A DNA stretch of 63,413 bases, filler included. It is 4 parts of 4 records of this genome, joined end to end, with 100 filler letters (N's around TTAATTAATTAA, not from the genome) between each part and the next. Parts side by side here need not be neighbours in the genome. Positions count along the whole stretch, not along the records: positions 47,639 to 56,606 come from SRR20825019_1629; positions 56,707 to 63,413 come from SRR20825019_1642; 2 more parts are not named here. One strand, written 5' to 3'. The position numbers and the translations under genes were made by a program. Positions 52,813 through 63,197 of the stretch are shown here, piece by piece (within the stretch, counting starts at the first letter, position 1; every line of letters starts with the position of its first letter). The notes beneath the pieces were generated by a model. That model had not been told where the DNA came from and searched no databases. It saw nothing but the letters and a program-made list of their open reading frames with translations.

Positions 52813-54711
52813 ATGGAAAACAACATCTCGAACGTTTTACTGAAGAATGCACAACAAATTTTTGGATCTGAAATCGATGCTTCGGCAATTCAATTTCAAA
52901 AAACTAGAAAAGATGTAAGGGGTGACTTAACACTTGTTCTGTTTCCTTATATCAAATTGTTGCGCTGTAAACCAGCTGAGGCAGGGGAGAAGATTGGCGT
53001 TTTCTTAGTAAAGGAACTTGACTTTATAGAAAGCTATGAAGTGATTGGTGGTTTTTTGAACCTTATTGTTTCGGATAATTATTGGTTGAACCAATTGGTT
53101 GAAATCAATAAAGATGAGCAGTACGGAAGAGAAAAAGAAAATTCTAAACCAACAATTATGGTGGAGTATTCTTCACCAAATACCAATAAACCGCTTCACC
53201 TTGGACACTTGAGAAATATCTTCTTGGGATATTCTGTCGCGGAAATTTTGAAGGCGAACGGTCATAAAGTGGTGAAAACCCAAATCATTAACGATCGTGG
53301 AATTCACATCTGTAAAAGTATGTTGGCTTGGGAGCGTTTTTCACCCGAAAATGAAAAAGGCGAACGTGAAACTCCAGACAATACTGGATTGAAAGGAGAT
53401 AAGCTCGTTGGTAAATACTACGTGGAATTTGACAAGCATCTAAATGCCGAGGCGAAGGAAGTAATTGCTGATTGGAATAATGGGGCTTTCGACGATTACT
53501 CGAATGACGTAGTAGAAGAGATAAAACGTTTGCAAGCATCCAAAGAGGGGAAAGAAGATAAAGCCATCGAGGGAATTGACGCCAAGATTAAGGAAATAGC
53601 GAAGAATCAAACAGCGATTTTGCGTGATGCGAAGGAAATGTTGGTTCAATGGGAAGCCCGCGACCCACAAGTATATTTGCTTTGGAATACCATGAATGGT
53701 TGGGTGTACAAAGGATTTGAGAAAACTTACGAGCGAATGCAAGTAGATTTCGATACGCTGTACTATGAATCAGATACGTTCCTTGTTGGAAAGGATTTGG
53801 TGGTAGACGGGTTGAAATCGGGTGTGTTTTACCGAAAAGAGGACGGCTCTGTTTGGATAGATCTTTCGGATGAAGGATTGGATGAAAAACTCGTTCTTAG
53901 ATCAGATGGAACGGCGGTTTATATGACGCAAGACGTTGGAACGGCCGTAGATCGTTACAAGGATTATCCAGATTTAGATGGAATCATATATACAGTTGGA
54001 AATGAGCAGGATTATCACTTTAAAGTCTTGTTTTTAATTCTAAAGAAATTAGGATATTCTTGGGCGAAAAATTGTTATCATTTATCGTACGGAATGGTGG
54101 ATTTACCTTCTGGAAAAATGAAATCGCGTGAGGGAACTGTTGTGGATGCCGATGATCTGATGGCAGAGGTGGTAGATAAAGCGCGTGAGATGACAGAAGA
54201 GCGCGGGCACATCGAAGGAATGTCGAGCGAGGAAAAGAATGATTTGTTTGAATTGATCGGCTTGGGTGGTCTGAAGTACTATTTGTTGAAAGTGGATCCT
54301 AAAAAACGAATGCTTTTCAATCCTGAAGAGTCTATTGAGTTGAACGGAAATACAGGACCTTTTATTCAGTATGCGCATGCGCGAATCAAATCGTTGCTAG
54401 GCAAAGGGGGCGATGTTGGTGAAGTAACCAACGTTTCTATCCTTCCAGAGGAAAAAGAGCTTATTAAACAATTGAATGAATTTCCACTGGTGATTGAAGA
54501 AGCAGCAAAGAATTACTCTCCAGCATTGATCTCTAATTACACATTTGAGTTGGTAAAGAGTTACAATCATTACTATCAAAGTGTTCCACCAATTTTAAAG
54601 GAAGAGGATGCTGCGATTAAAAATTTACGACTCACATTGAGCATGAATGTGGCAAAGGTGATTCAGTCAGCTATGCAATTGTTAGGAATTAGAGTGCCAG
54701 AAAGAATGTAG
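52813..54711 (+). CDS. argS: Arginyl-tRNA synthetase
   Basis: EYSSPNTNKPLHLGHLRN (HIGH-like), KMKSREG and GPFIQYAHAR. Confidence 0.96.
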   Translation: MENNISNVLLKNAQQIFGSEIDASAIQFQKTRKDVRGDLTLVLFPYIKLLRCKPAEAGEKIGVFLVKELDFIESYEVIGGFLNLIVSDNYWLNQLVEINKDEQYGREKENSKPTIMVEYSSPNTNKPLHLGHLRNIFLGYSVAEILKANGHKVVKTQIINDRGIHICKSMLAWERFSPENEKGERETPDNTGLKGDKLVGKYYVEFDKHLNAEAKEVIADWNNGAFDDYSNDVVEEIKRLQASKEGKEDKAIEGIDAKIKEIAKNQTAILRDAKEMLVQWEARDPQVYLLWNTMNGWVYKGFEKTYERMQVDFDTLYYESDTFLVGKDLVVDGLKSGVFYRKEDGSVWIDLSDEGLDEKLVLRSDGTAVYMTQDVGTAVDRYKDYPDLDGIIYTVGNEQDYHFKVLFLILKKLGYSWAKNCYHLSYGMVDLPSGKMKSREGTVVDADDLMAEVVDKAREMTEERGHIEGMSSEEKNDLFELIGLGGLKYYLLKVDPKKRMLFNPEESIELNGNTGPFIQYAHARIKSLLGKGGDVGEVTNVSILPEEKELIKQLNEFPLVIEEAAKNYSPALISNYTFELVKSYNHYYQSVPPILKEEDAAIKNLRLTLSMNVAKVIQSAMQLLGIRVPERM

Positions 54712-54713
54712 AT

Positions 54714-56045
54714 ATGGAAAATGAATCAACTCTTAAGCGGATTTTCGGTTTTCTTAGGCTGTCTCACGAACTTGAAGACCCTAAGTTAATTCAGGAATCT
54801 ATTGAAATGGGAGTTGTTTTTCGCGGAACGAACTTGTGGATTTTGATTTTCGCGAGTTTTGTGGCTTCTGTGGGGTTAAACATGAACTCCACGGCGGTGA
54901 TTATTGGTGCAATGCTTATTTCTCCGTTAATGGGACCAATCAACGGGATTGGATACAGTATCGCTACCTATAACTTCATGCTTCTCAAAAAGTCGTTTAA
55001 GAATTACAGTTTTTCTATCGTAGCGGTACTCATTGCATCCACGCTTTATTTTTTGATTACTCCACTTCATGCAGTGCATTCTGAACTTTTGGCGAGAACG
55101 AGCCCAAGTATTTATGATGTGTTCATTGCGCTTTTTGGTGGATTGGCAGGAATTGTTGGAATCAGTAGTAAGAATAAAGGAAACGTAATTCCCGGTGTAG
55201 CGATTGCAACGGCTTTGATGCCACCATTATGTACTGCGGGCTATGGGATTTCTGTTGGAAATCTTGAGTTTTTCATGGGGGCGATGTATTTGTTCGTGAT
55301 TAATTCGGTCTTCATTGCCCTTTCCGCGATGCTTGTTTCTCAACTTTTAAAATTGCCTAGAAAGGCTTTCTTACTGACAAATCAGATTAAAAACACAAAG
55401 ATCGTTGTGGGAATTGTAATCTTAGTTACTGTGGTTCCCAGCGGATATTTTGGGTATACATTGGTACAAAAGGAAAAGTTCAAAGAGCTAGCGAATCAGT
55501 TTACAACGGAAATTGGACTTTGGGAAGGTAATTTTTTATTGAGTAAGAAGATTAACGAAAAGACCGAGCAGATTGAATTGATTTTTGGCGGAGAAACACT
55601 TAACGAAGCTTCGGAATTTCGGCTCAAAAAGAAGGCTGATGAATTTGGACTTGACGGAAAAAAGTTAATCATCGTTCACGGCTTAAAGACGAATGATTAT
55701 ACAAGAATCATCCAGGGAGAAACAGAAGTGGAACGGTTAACCGGTGAGATAAACCATTTAAAAAATACAATAGACACCAAAGAGTTCCGCATTGATAGCT
55801 TGAAAAATATCCCGAAAATTGGTAAGGATTTGATGAACGAAATAAAAGCACTTTACCCAGAGATTTCTTCTTGTTCGTTTGCTGAAACGGTTATGTTTAC
55901 CGACGCAGACTCCGTTTCGGTAGCTCGCCCAATGTCAATCGTTCATTTGGACTCAAAACAGAATATTTCTAAGGATGCCAAACAGAAAATCACGGATTGG
56001 ATTAAAGTCCGATTGAAAAATAAAAACGTCGTTGTTTATTTCTAA
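54714..56045 (+). CDS. DUF389 family membrane protein
   Basis: NSTAVIIGAMLISPLMGPI and IPGVAIATALMPPLC. Confidence 0.9.
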   Translation: MENESTLKRIFGFLRLSHELEDPKLIQESIEMGVVFRGTNLWILIFASFVASVGLNMNSTAVIIGAMLISPLMGPINGIGYSIATYNFMLLKKSFKNYSFSIVAVLIASTLYFLITPLHAVHSELLARTSPSIYDVFIALFGGLAGIVGISSKNKGNVIPGVAIATALMPPLCTAGYGISVGNLEFFMGAMYLFVINSVFIALSAMLVSQLLKLPRKAFLLTNQIKNTKIVVGIVILVTVVPSGYFGYTLVQKEKFKELANQFTTEIGLWEGNFLLSKKINEKTEQIELIFGGETLNEASEFRLKKKADEFGLDGKKLIIVHGLKTNDYTRIIQGETEVERLTGEINHLKNTIDTKEFRIDSLKNIPKIGKDLMNEIKALYPEISSCSFAETVMFTDADSVSVARPMSIVHLDSKQNISKDAKQKITDWIKVRLKNKNVVVYF

Positions 56046-56050
56046 TTGAA

Positions 56051-56404
56051 CTAGCTTCGGATTCTGTTTCTGATCGTTAGAACTTTCAAAATCAAATAAA
56101 TAGCCAACAGCAGACTGAAAAGGAGAAGGCAAATATTGGTAATTCGTGACCATTGCTCACTGCTCGTACTTGAGTCGTTTCGTTCAGAGCTGTTCCCAAA
56201 TTGCATGGAACCACCACTATTCGTTTGAAAGCCAAAAAGATTGTGAGAAACCTGTGTTTCCTGATGATTACAGGAAAAAAAACAATTGCAGGTTTTCGAA
56301 GAAACTGAATTAACCCTATTTCCTGCAATTGTATTCGTTTTAGCATTCGCGTTTGATAAAATCGGGATAAGCCAAATAAACAAAAACGTCAGAAATTGCT
56401 TCAT
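56051..56404 (-). CDS. Small hypothetical exported/membrane protein
   Basis: MKQFLTFLFIWL signal-like start and a C-terminal TM segment. Confidence 0.5.
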   Translation of the reverse strand: MKQFLTFLFIWLIPILSNANAKTNTIAGNRVNSVSSKTCNCFFSCNHQETQVSHNLFGFQTNSGGSMQFGNSSERNDSSTSSEQWSRITNICLLLFSLLLAIYLILKVLTIRNRIRS

Positions 56405-56606
56405 CAAATGCGATTTATTGAGTAGATACAACAAATACGAAATTGGATGACTATTGGTTGGGAATTTTTTAGTGAAATTTAAAGTAGTAGACCAAAAAAA
56501 CAATAAAAATTGGCTCAGAAACTTATGATCGAGTAAAAACACCTGAAAGTGAACGGGTTGTATTGCTATTTGTAAGAAAAATGTAATTTAGGAGGGATAA
56601 TCTAAC

Positions 56607-56706
56607 NNNNNNNNNNNNNNNNNNNNNNNNNNNNNNNNNNNNNNNNNNNNTTAATTAATTAANNNNNNNNNNNNNNNNNNNNNNNNNNNNNNNNNNNNNN
56701 NNNNNN
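56607..56706. other. Artificial contig linker
   Basis: N44-TTAATTAATTAA-N44. Confidence 0.98.
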
Positions 56707-56732
56707 TGGGTCCCGTTTTTCAACGGGATGAC
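56707..56732. repeat. REP-like short palindromic repeat at contig edge
   Basis: TGGGTCCCGTT-TTTC-AACGGGATGAC: hairpin ending in GATGAC, resembling GTCAT-type proteobacterial repeats. Confidence 0.5.
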
Positions 56733-56734
56733 GA

Positions 56735-57490
56735 TTAGAGAGTTGTCTCTACCCAGGTGAGCGCGCTTTCCACGTCTCCGACAATCTCCCCCTCCGGCAG
56801 GGGCGCGCGCGCAACTATCACCACCGGCATGCGGAGCGACCGGGCGGCGAGGATCTTGCCGTAGGTGGCCGTGCCGCCGCTGTTCTTAGAGACGATGACA
56901 TCGATCTCGTTCTCTTTCAGGAACGCCATCTCGTCCTCTTCCCTGAACGGTCCGCGCGCCAATACCACCCGGGCGCCGGGAGGCAGCTCGGCCTCGTCCG
57001 GTTGCTCGACCGCGCGGACGACGTGATCGCAATTCATCAAGTAGTGAAACGGCTCCAGCCCCTGCCGTCCAACCGTCAGGAATATCGTCAGCGGATGGGT
57101 TTGCGACAATGCATCCAGATGCCCTGCCGCCTCTTCATAGTCCCGTGCGTGATGCCAGTTGTCACCGGGGGCCTGTTTCCATGCAGGGCGGACCAGATGC
57201 AAGCAGGGCGTCCCCACCTCAGACGCGGCTTTCGCAGCGTTGGCTGAAATCTGTGCGGCATAGGGATGGGTTGCATCGACCAGCGCTGTGATGCCTTCTT
57301 CCCGGAGATAGGACGCCAGTCCCTCCGCACCACCGAAACCGCCGGTACGAATTACGCAGTCCGGCAGTTTCGGATCGCGTGTCCGCCCCGCCAGCGACAA
57401 CATGATCTCAAGGTCCGGATGTGCCGCCCGGAGTGCCTCGATGAATGCATTGGCGATATCCGTTCCGCCAAGCACCAGAATGCGTGCCAT
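56735..57490 (-). CDS. cobK: Precorrin-6A / cobalt-precorrin-6A reductase
   Basis: ILVLGGT, GGFGG, VDATHPYA, ARGPF and KNSGG. Confidence 0.93.
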   Translation of the reverse strand: MARILVLGGTDIANAFIEALRAAHPDLEIMLSLAGRTRDPKLPDCVIRTGGFGGAEGLASYLREEGITALVDATHPYAAQISANAAKAASEVGTPCLHLVRPAWKQAPGDNWHHARDYEEAAGHLDALSQTHPLTIFLTVGRQGLEPFHYLMNCDHVVRAVEQPDEAELPPGARVVLARGPFREEDEMAFLKENEIDVIVSKNSGGTATYGKILAARSLRMPVVIVARAPLPEGEIVGDVESALTWVETTL

Positions 57491-57493
57491 TGC

Positions 57494-58585
57494 TCAGACC
57501 TCTCCCGCCGCGCCGACCAGGTTGCCCTTGCGGTCGAACACCTCGACGATAATTTCCACCTCCGTGCCCGCGACCATTGCGGCTGCTTCAGCGCGCGCCA
57601 GCTCCCCGATCCGGTCGCCCAGCGGTCGGCTCGCCTCGAGCGCCATGTTCAGGACTTCGAGCGCGGTATTCGCGACCTTCGCCCGTTCGACCAAACCGGC
57701 ATCACCGCCCACGGCCTCAAGCTGTTCGGCCAGCCAATCCATATCCACCTGGCTACGGCCGGAGTGCAAATCCATATGGCCCTGCGCGAGCTTCGCCAGC
57801 TTGGCGAAACCGCCGCCGATCAGCACTTTTGGTAACGGATGGCGGCGCAGATATTTCAGCATGCCACCCACAAAATCACCCATGTCCAGCAAGGCGGTTT
57901 CGTCCAGCCCGTGCCGCCTGACCACCGCCGCCTCCGAGGTCGATCCGGTGCAGGCGGCGACCAACGGGAATCCACCAGCGCGGGCGACGTCGATGCCGCG
58001 ATGGATGGAATGGATCCAGGCCGAGCAGGAGAACGGGATCACCACGCCGGTGGTGCCGAGGATCGACAAACCGCCGACAATCCCGAGCCGCGGGTTCCAG
58101 GTCTTTTTCGCCAGCGCCTCGCCGCCCGGCACGGAAATCTCGATCTCCACATCACCACTGCCGCCATGGACGCGGGCAACCTCCGCCACGACGCCGCGCA
58201 TCAGCTCACGCGGCACCGGGTTGATCGCGGGCTCCCCCGGCGGGATCGGCAGGCCATCACGGGTCACCATGCCAACACCCTCTCCCGCCCTGAACACTAC
58301 ACCGCTGCCGGGCGCACCAACCCGCACCGTCGACACGATGGTGGCAAGATGCGTTACATCCGGATCGTCGCCCGCATCCTTGATAATGGCGGCGCTGGCC
58401 ACACCATCACCCAGCGCTTCGCGAGCCAATGCAAAGTCCGGCTGCTCCCCTTTCGGCAAGGTGATGGAAACCGGATCAGGAAACTCACCGGTCAGCAGCG
58501 CCATATAGGCGGCCTTGGTCGCCGCCGTCGCGCATGCGCCCGTGGTCCAGCCTCGTCTCAGCGGTCCGTCCGGTTTTCTTGCCAT
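57494..58585 (-). CDS. cbiD: Cobalt-precorrin-5B C1-methyltransferase
   Basis: LRRGWTTGACA, KDAGDDPDVTH and NPRLGIVGGLSILGTTG. Confidence 0.95.
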   Translation of the reverse strand: MARKPDGPLRRGWTTGACATAATKAAYMALLTGEFPDPVSITLPKGEQPDFALAREALGDGVASAAIIKDAGDDPDVTHLATIVSTVRVGAPGSGVVFRAGEGVGMVTRDGLPIPPGEPAINPVPRELMRGVVAEVARVHGGSGDVEIEISVPGGEALAKKTWNPRLGIVGGLSILGTTGVVIPFSCSAWIHSIHRGIDVARAGGFPLVAACTGSTSEAAVVRRHGLDETALLDMGDFVGGMLKYLRRHPLPKVLIGGGFAKLAKLAQGHMDLHSGRSQVDMDWLAEQLEAVGGDAGLVERAKVANTALEVLNMALEASRPLGDRIGELARAEAAAMVAGTEVEIIVEVFDRKGNLVGAAGEV

Positions 58586-58747
58586 GAAATCTCTTAACCG
58601 GTCCGGCGCCGCGCATCCATGTCGAATTCACGCGGCTTCTGGACGCAGAGGCAGTAGATCATCGTCTCGCCCACCGGTATTTTCATTGTGAAACATCATC
58701 GTCCGCCGCGCTGGAAAACACCCCCGCGCGGGAGTAGTCTCGGAGCC

Positions 58748-59590
58748 ATGACAAACGTGACAGATTTCGCCGCTGATTTCGCACCAGGCAGCGTCTGGCT
58801 GGTTGGTGCCGGGCCGGGCCATGCCGGGCTTCTGACCCTGCAGGCCCATGCCGCCATGCAGGCCGCCGACGTGATCGTCTACGATGCGCTGGTCAGCGAC
58901 GATATTCTGGCCCTCGCCCCCGCCGATACACCCCGTGAATATGCCGGCAAGCGCGGCGGCAAACCGTCGCCGAAACAGGCCGATATTACCCTGCGGCTGA
59001 TCCAGCTCGCCAAGCAGGACCTGCGTGTGCTGCGTCTCAAGGGCGGCGATCCGTTTGTGTTCGGGCGCGGCGGTGAGGAGGCCCTGTCTCTCGTCCAGGC
59101 GGGTATTTCGTTCCGCATCTGCCCCGGCATCACGGCCGGGATCGGCGGCCTTGCCTTCGCCGGCATTCCGCTGACCCACCGGGACACAAATCACGCCATC
59201 ACCATGATCACCGGACACGACGCCACCGGTAACGTCACCGGGGTCGACTGGGATGCGGTCGCCAAGGGCAGCCCGGCGCTGATTCTCTACATGGCGATCA
59301 AGCATCTGGGCGCGATTGCGGACAAGCTGATGGCCGCAGGACGCAGTGCGGACGAGCCGGTCGCGCTTGTCACCAACGCTTCCATGCCGGACATGCAGGT
59401 GCTGGAAACCACGCTTGGCCGCGCGGCGGAAGATATCCGTCTGCATGACGTGAAACCGCCCGCCATCGTCGCCATCGGCGAGATCGTCCGGCTGCGTGCC
59501 GGACTCGACTGGCTTGGTGCCGCCGCCGGCAAGAGCCTGGAGGCGGATCCCCTGCGCCTCGGCAAAAGCGGCACACAGCAGACCGGATAA
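58748..59590 (+). CDS. cobA: Uroporphyrinogen-III C-methyltransferase
   Basis: VWLVGAGPG, RLKGGDPFVFGRGGEE and GIPLTHR. Confidence 0.93.
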   Translation: MTNVTDFAADFAPGSVWLVGAGPGHAGLLTLQAHAAMQAADVIVYDALVSDDILALAPADTPREYAGKRGGKPSPKQADITLRLIQLAKQDLRVLRLKGGDPFVFGRGGEEALSLVQAGISFRICPGITAGIGGLAFAGIPLTHRDTNHAITMITGHDATGNVTGVDWDAVAKGSPALILYMAIKHLGAIADKLMAAGRSADEPVALVTNASMPDMQVLETTLGRAAEDIRLHDVKPPAIVAIGEIVRLRAGLDWLGAAAGKSLEADPLRLGKSGTQQTG

Positions 59591-59594
59591 GCAT

Positions 59595-60938
59595 GTGGCA
59601 AAGGGCCTGATCATCGCGGCGCCGGCCTCTGGCAGCGGCAAGACCACGATCACGCTCGGCCTGCTGCGCGCGCTCCGGCGCAAGAGCATCGACGTTGCCA
59701 GCGCCAAGGTTGGCCCGGACTATATCGACTCTGCCTTCCATGCCGCCGCCACTGGCCGTCCCTGCGTCAACCTTGATAGCTGGGCAATGCGTCCGGAAAC
59801 TCTTGCCGCCGCGCTCGACCACACACCGGATTTCACCATCGTCGAAGGCGTCATGGGCCTGTTCGACGGCGCCCATCTCGGCACCGATCCCGCCCCTCTG
59901 GCGGATGGCTCGACCGCCAGCCTCGCCCGCCTCACCGGCTGGCCTGTATTGCTGGTCGTCGATGCCGCCCGGCAGGCGCAGTCCGTGGCCGCACTGGTCA
60001 GCGGCTTCGCCGGGTTCGATCCCGGCGTCCGTCTGGCAGGCGTGATCCTGAACAAGGTCGGCAGCGACAAACACGAGACGATGCTGCGCCAGGCGCTCGC
60101 CACGGCCGGACATACCGTTCTCGGTGCCGTTCGGTCGGACAAACAGATCACCCGGCCAAGCCGCCATCTCGGGTTGGTTCAGGCGGGAGAGCATCCCGAT
60201 CTGGAAGGTTTTCTGGAAGCCGCCGCCGATCGGATGGGAAAGGATCTCGCTCTCGACGCTATTCTGGAGCTCGCATCACCCACCGCAAGCGCCCCCGGCA
60301 CGCTCCCCGCGAGAGCCCCTCTGCCGCCGCTTGGCCAGCGCATTGCCATCGCCCGGGACGCCGCCTTTGCCTTTACCTACCCGCACATTCTCGACGGCTG
60401 GCGGCATGCGGGGGCGGAGCTTTCCTTTTTCTCACCGCTCACCGACGAAGCGCCTGCGAGCGGTGCTGATGCGGTCTATCTGCCGGGCGGCTATCCGGAA
60501 CTCCATGCCGGACGCCTTGCCGGGTCGGCGCGCTTCCTCGACGGGCTCAGGACAGCAGCCAGGGATGGTGCGCATATCTACGGTGAATGCGGGGGCTACA
60601 TGACCCTTGGCGCAGTTTTGACGGACGCGGACGGGGTCTCCCACCGGATGGCCGGGCTGCTGCCGCATGAGACCAGCTTCGCGGAACCGAAACGCCATCT
60701 TGGTTACCGGACGGCCACGATGCTCGCCGACACGCCGCTTGGTCCGGCAGGGAGCATTTGGCGCGGACATGAATTCCACTATGCCGTCACCGTCAGAGCA
60801 GCCACGGCCAAGGCACCAGGCAGCACGCCGCTTTTCCGGATCAAGGATGCCTCGGGGTCGGATCTTGGCGAGATCGGCGCGCGAATCGGGACCGTCTTCG
60901 GATCCTTCATGCATCTGATTGACCGTTCGGATGCCTGA
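59595..60938 (+). CDS. cobB: Cobyrinate a,c-diamide synthase
   Basis: SGSGKTT, KVGPDYID, VEGVMGLFDG, GGYPELH, ECGGYM and GHEFH. Confidence 0.95.
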   Translation: MAKGLIIAAPASGSGKTTITLGLLRALRRKSIDVASAKVGPDYIDSAFHAAATGRPCVNLDSWAMRPETLAAALDHTPDFTIVEGVMGLFDGAHLGTDPAPLADGSTASLARLTGWPVLLVVDAARQAQSVAALVSGFAGFDPGVRLAGVILNKVGSDKHETMLRQALATAGHTVLGAVRSDKQITRPSRHLGLVQAGEHPDLEGFLEAAADRMGKDLALDAILELASPTASAPGTLPARAPLPPLGQRIAIARDAAFAFTYPHILDGWRHAGAELSFFSPLTDEAPASGADAVYLPGGYPELHAGRLAGSARFLDGLRTAARDGAHIYGECGGYMTLGAVLTDADGVSHRMAGLLPHETSFAEPKRHLGYRTATMLADTPLGPAGSIWRGHEFHYAVTVRAATAKAPGSTPLFRIKDASGSDLGEIGARIGTVFGSFMHLIDRSDA

Positions 60939-61007
60939 CATGAGCCGCCTACGACCCTGGCGGGCAGGCGCTTCACTCACGGATTGGTTTGTTTAATTCG
61001 GAAATAT

Positions 61008-61511
61008 TCAGGCCGGCGGCTTGCCGCTGATGATCTTCGTCTTGGCCTTCGGCTTGTATTTAGGCGCCGCTTTCACTTCCGCCTTCTTCACCGGAACGCC
61101 GAACAGTTCGAGGTGATGGTCCACCAGCTCGAACCCGAGTTCCCGTGCAATATATTCCTTCAGGGCCTCAAGTTCCTCGTTATAGAACTCGATCACGTTC
61201 CCCGTCGTCACGTCGATCATGTGATGGTGATGGTCTTCCTCACCATTGATTTCCTCATAACGCGCCCGGCCATCGCCGAAATCGCGCTTGGTGACGATAT
61301 TCGCTTCCTCGAAGAGCTTCATGGTCCGGTAAACGGTCGCGATCGAGATCGAACGATCGATCTCGCGCACCCGCTCATGCAGGGATTCCACATCGGGATG
61401 ATCCTCTGCCTCGGACAGGACGCGCGCAATCACCCGGCGCGGCTCCGTCATCTTCAGTCCTTTTTCGAGGCACAGGGCCGCGACCCTGGATTCCATACTG
61501 GCTTCAGCCAT
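61008..61511 (-). CDS. fur: Fur family transcriptional regulator (Fur/Mur)
   Basis: MTEPRRVI, DHPD, SIATVYRT and HHHHMID. Confidence 0.9.
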   Translation of the reverse strand: MAEASMESRVAALCLEKGLKMTEPRRVIARVLSEAEDHPDVESLHERVREIDRSISIATVYRTMKLFEEANIVTKRDFGDGRARYEEINGEEDHHHHMIDVTTGNVIEFYNEELEALKEYIARELGFELVDHHLELFGVPVKKAEVKAAPKYKPKAKTKIISGKPPA

Positions 61512-62129
61512 TCCCTGACAACGCTCCGTATCCTGTCGGGACCACAGTCCGTTGGGGAGATTATACCAGCCCTACGGTCATGACAAACCAGCTTTCAGTC
61601 CGTCCTTCGAAGCTTTGGCATCCCGGCCCGGACAGCTCCCCGTCGAAAGCCGGTTTTGTACCCCGAATCCAAGAATTGAATTTCAATTATATCGCATCGA
61701 AATACGACCCCAAGCCCAGGCAGCAGGCTGTGGCGCACGAAAGTCTCTACAGGCTTACAATGTCCAGGCCAGATTACCGGCGACCAGGCCACGTAATTTA
61801 CTGAACCCATTACAGTTTGCTCCCCCGCCTGCTCCCACAGTTCACCTTGCTCAAGGCAAGACCCGCCGATGATCTCTGAGAACTGACCCGCAGTCGTATC
61901 GGTTTCGGCACGTGTCGAGGAACTGGACGATATTCGCTCTGCCTGACACGGCACGCTGACTGATTTGATCCCGGGCACCCGGAATCTCTTGCCCGCCGCT
62001 AGGCAATTCCCGCCATTTTCAGGCAACGGACATATCCGGCACCCCGAAGCTCCACCTAAACGTCGCGCGATAAGTGTCTGGAGTCATGACGAGTCCCTCC
62101 GCAGGCACTGAAATTGCTCATACGATGGC

Positions 62130-63197
62130 ATGGCAATTTCCCTTTCAGAGGTTGGCGCCACCGTACCCGGTCCCGTCGGCTCGCACATCGACACCGCCGA
62201 TATGGACAGCCTGTACCGGCTGCCCCTCGGTCTGCTCCCACTCAACACCATGGCTCTGAGACGCCACTCCCTGATCAAGAACGCACAGCTTCACGCGGTC
62301 GTGGAACTGTTCAAGGACAGTGGTTCCGGTAGCGGGCAGATCCAGCCGGACCATCTGCCCAACCATTTTAACTCCCAGGCTCCGGAGTTGATGAGCGACG
62401 TTGCGATCCTGAAACGCCTCGCCGCCATCGGCAGCTACGATGTCTATACGTTACGCGTTGCGCTCCGGGAGCTGGATATCGGGTTCGAGAATTACGACGC
62501 GCTCCGGCTTTCCCCGGAGAAATACCGCGAGCTGACCCACTTCATGAAACAGTACACAAGGCCGATTATCCGACGGCTTTTCGCCCGGGATGGTGCCGCG
62601 CTCGGCAGTTACGGAAATCTCGTCGAGTACCTGCGCAACCCGGATCGCGCCACGGTACTTGCCGAAATGGAGAAGCTCGCCGCCGATCTTGAGACCGATG
62701 TCGCCTCGATACCGCGGTTTCTCGAAAATTACGGCGATACCTTCCTCGGGTTCTCCTACTTTCGCAGCTGCCTGACCGAATCGGAAAACCGCATCAAGCA
62801 TTTCCGCCCCTGGGTTCAGGAATTTCTCCGCTCGCCTGTCGCACTCAGCAATCCCTCTCTCCAGAGCAGGGCGACGCACGCCATGCAGGCGTTGTATGGC
62901 ATCGTTGAGTCGGTCAAACAGAGATTCGATCACTTTGACCAGAGTTCCAGCCACTTCTGGGAAGACCCGACGGCCGAGTCCTTCCAGGCGCTACGCGCGC
63001 AAATCGTGGAACAACACAACGCGACCGGCAGCGTTCTGTGCGGGCTCGTGGTCAAACTGAATCTCTGGGAAGAACGGTTTACCTCACGCGGGGGCAGCTT
63101 CCAACGCAGGCTCGAGTTTCTTGAATCGGAAATATTCCCGGGCCTGAACGCCCTTGCCGCCACGGAAAAAAGGACGGCCAACCGCTACCAGAACTAA
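62130..63197 (+). CDS. Hypothetical all-helical protein
   Basis: 355-aa ORF with coding-like GC3 bias; no recognisable catalytic motif. Confidence 0.7.
   Translation: MAISLSEVGATVPGPVGSHIDTADMDSLYRLPLGLLPLNTMALRRHSLIKNAQLHAVVELFKDSGSGSGQIQPDHLPNHFNSQAPELMSDVAILKRLAAIGSYDVYTLRVALRELDIGFENYDALRLSPEKYRELTHFMKQYTRPIIRRLFARDGAALGSYGNLVEYLRNPDRATVLAEMEKLAADLETDVASIPRFLENYGDTFLGFSYFRSCLTESENRIKHFRPWVQEFLRSPVALSNPSLQSRATHAMQALYGIVESVKQRFDHFDQSSSHFWEDPTAESFQALRAQIVEQHNATGSVLCGLVVKLNLWEERFTSRGGSFQRRLEFLESEIFPGLNALAATEKRTANRYQN

Noticed and set aside
58586-58747. Cobalamin riboswitch between cbiD and cobA
   Set aside because: No B12-box or conserved GGGAA/GCCACTG elements seen, and the gap is short.
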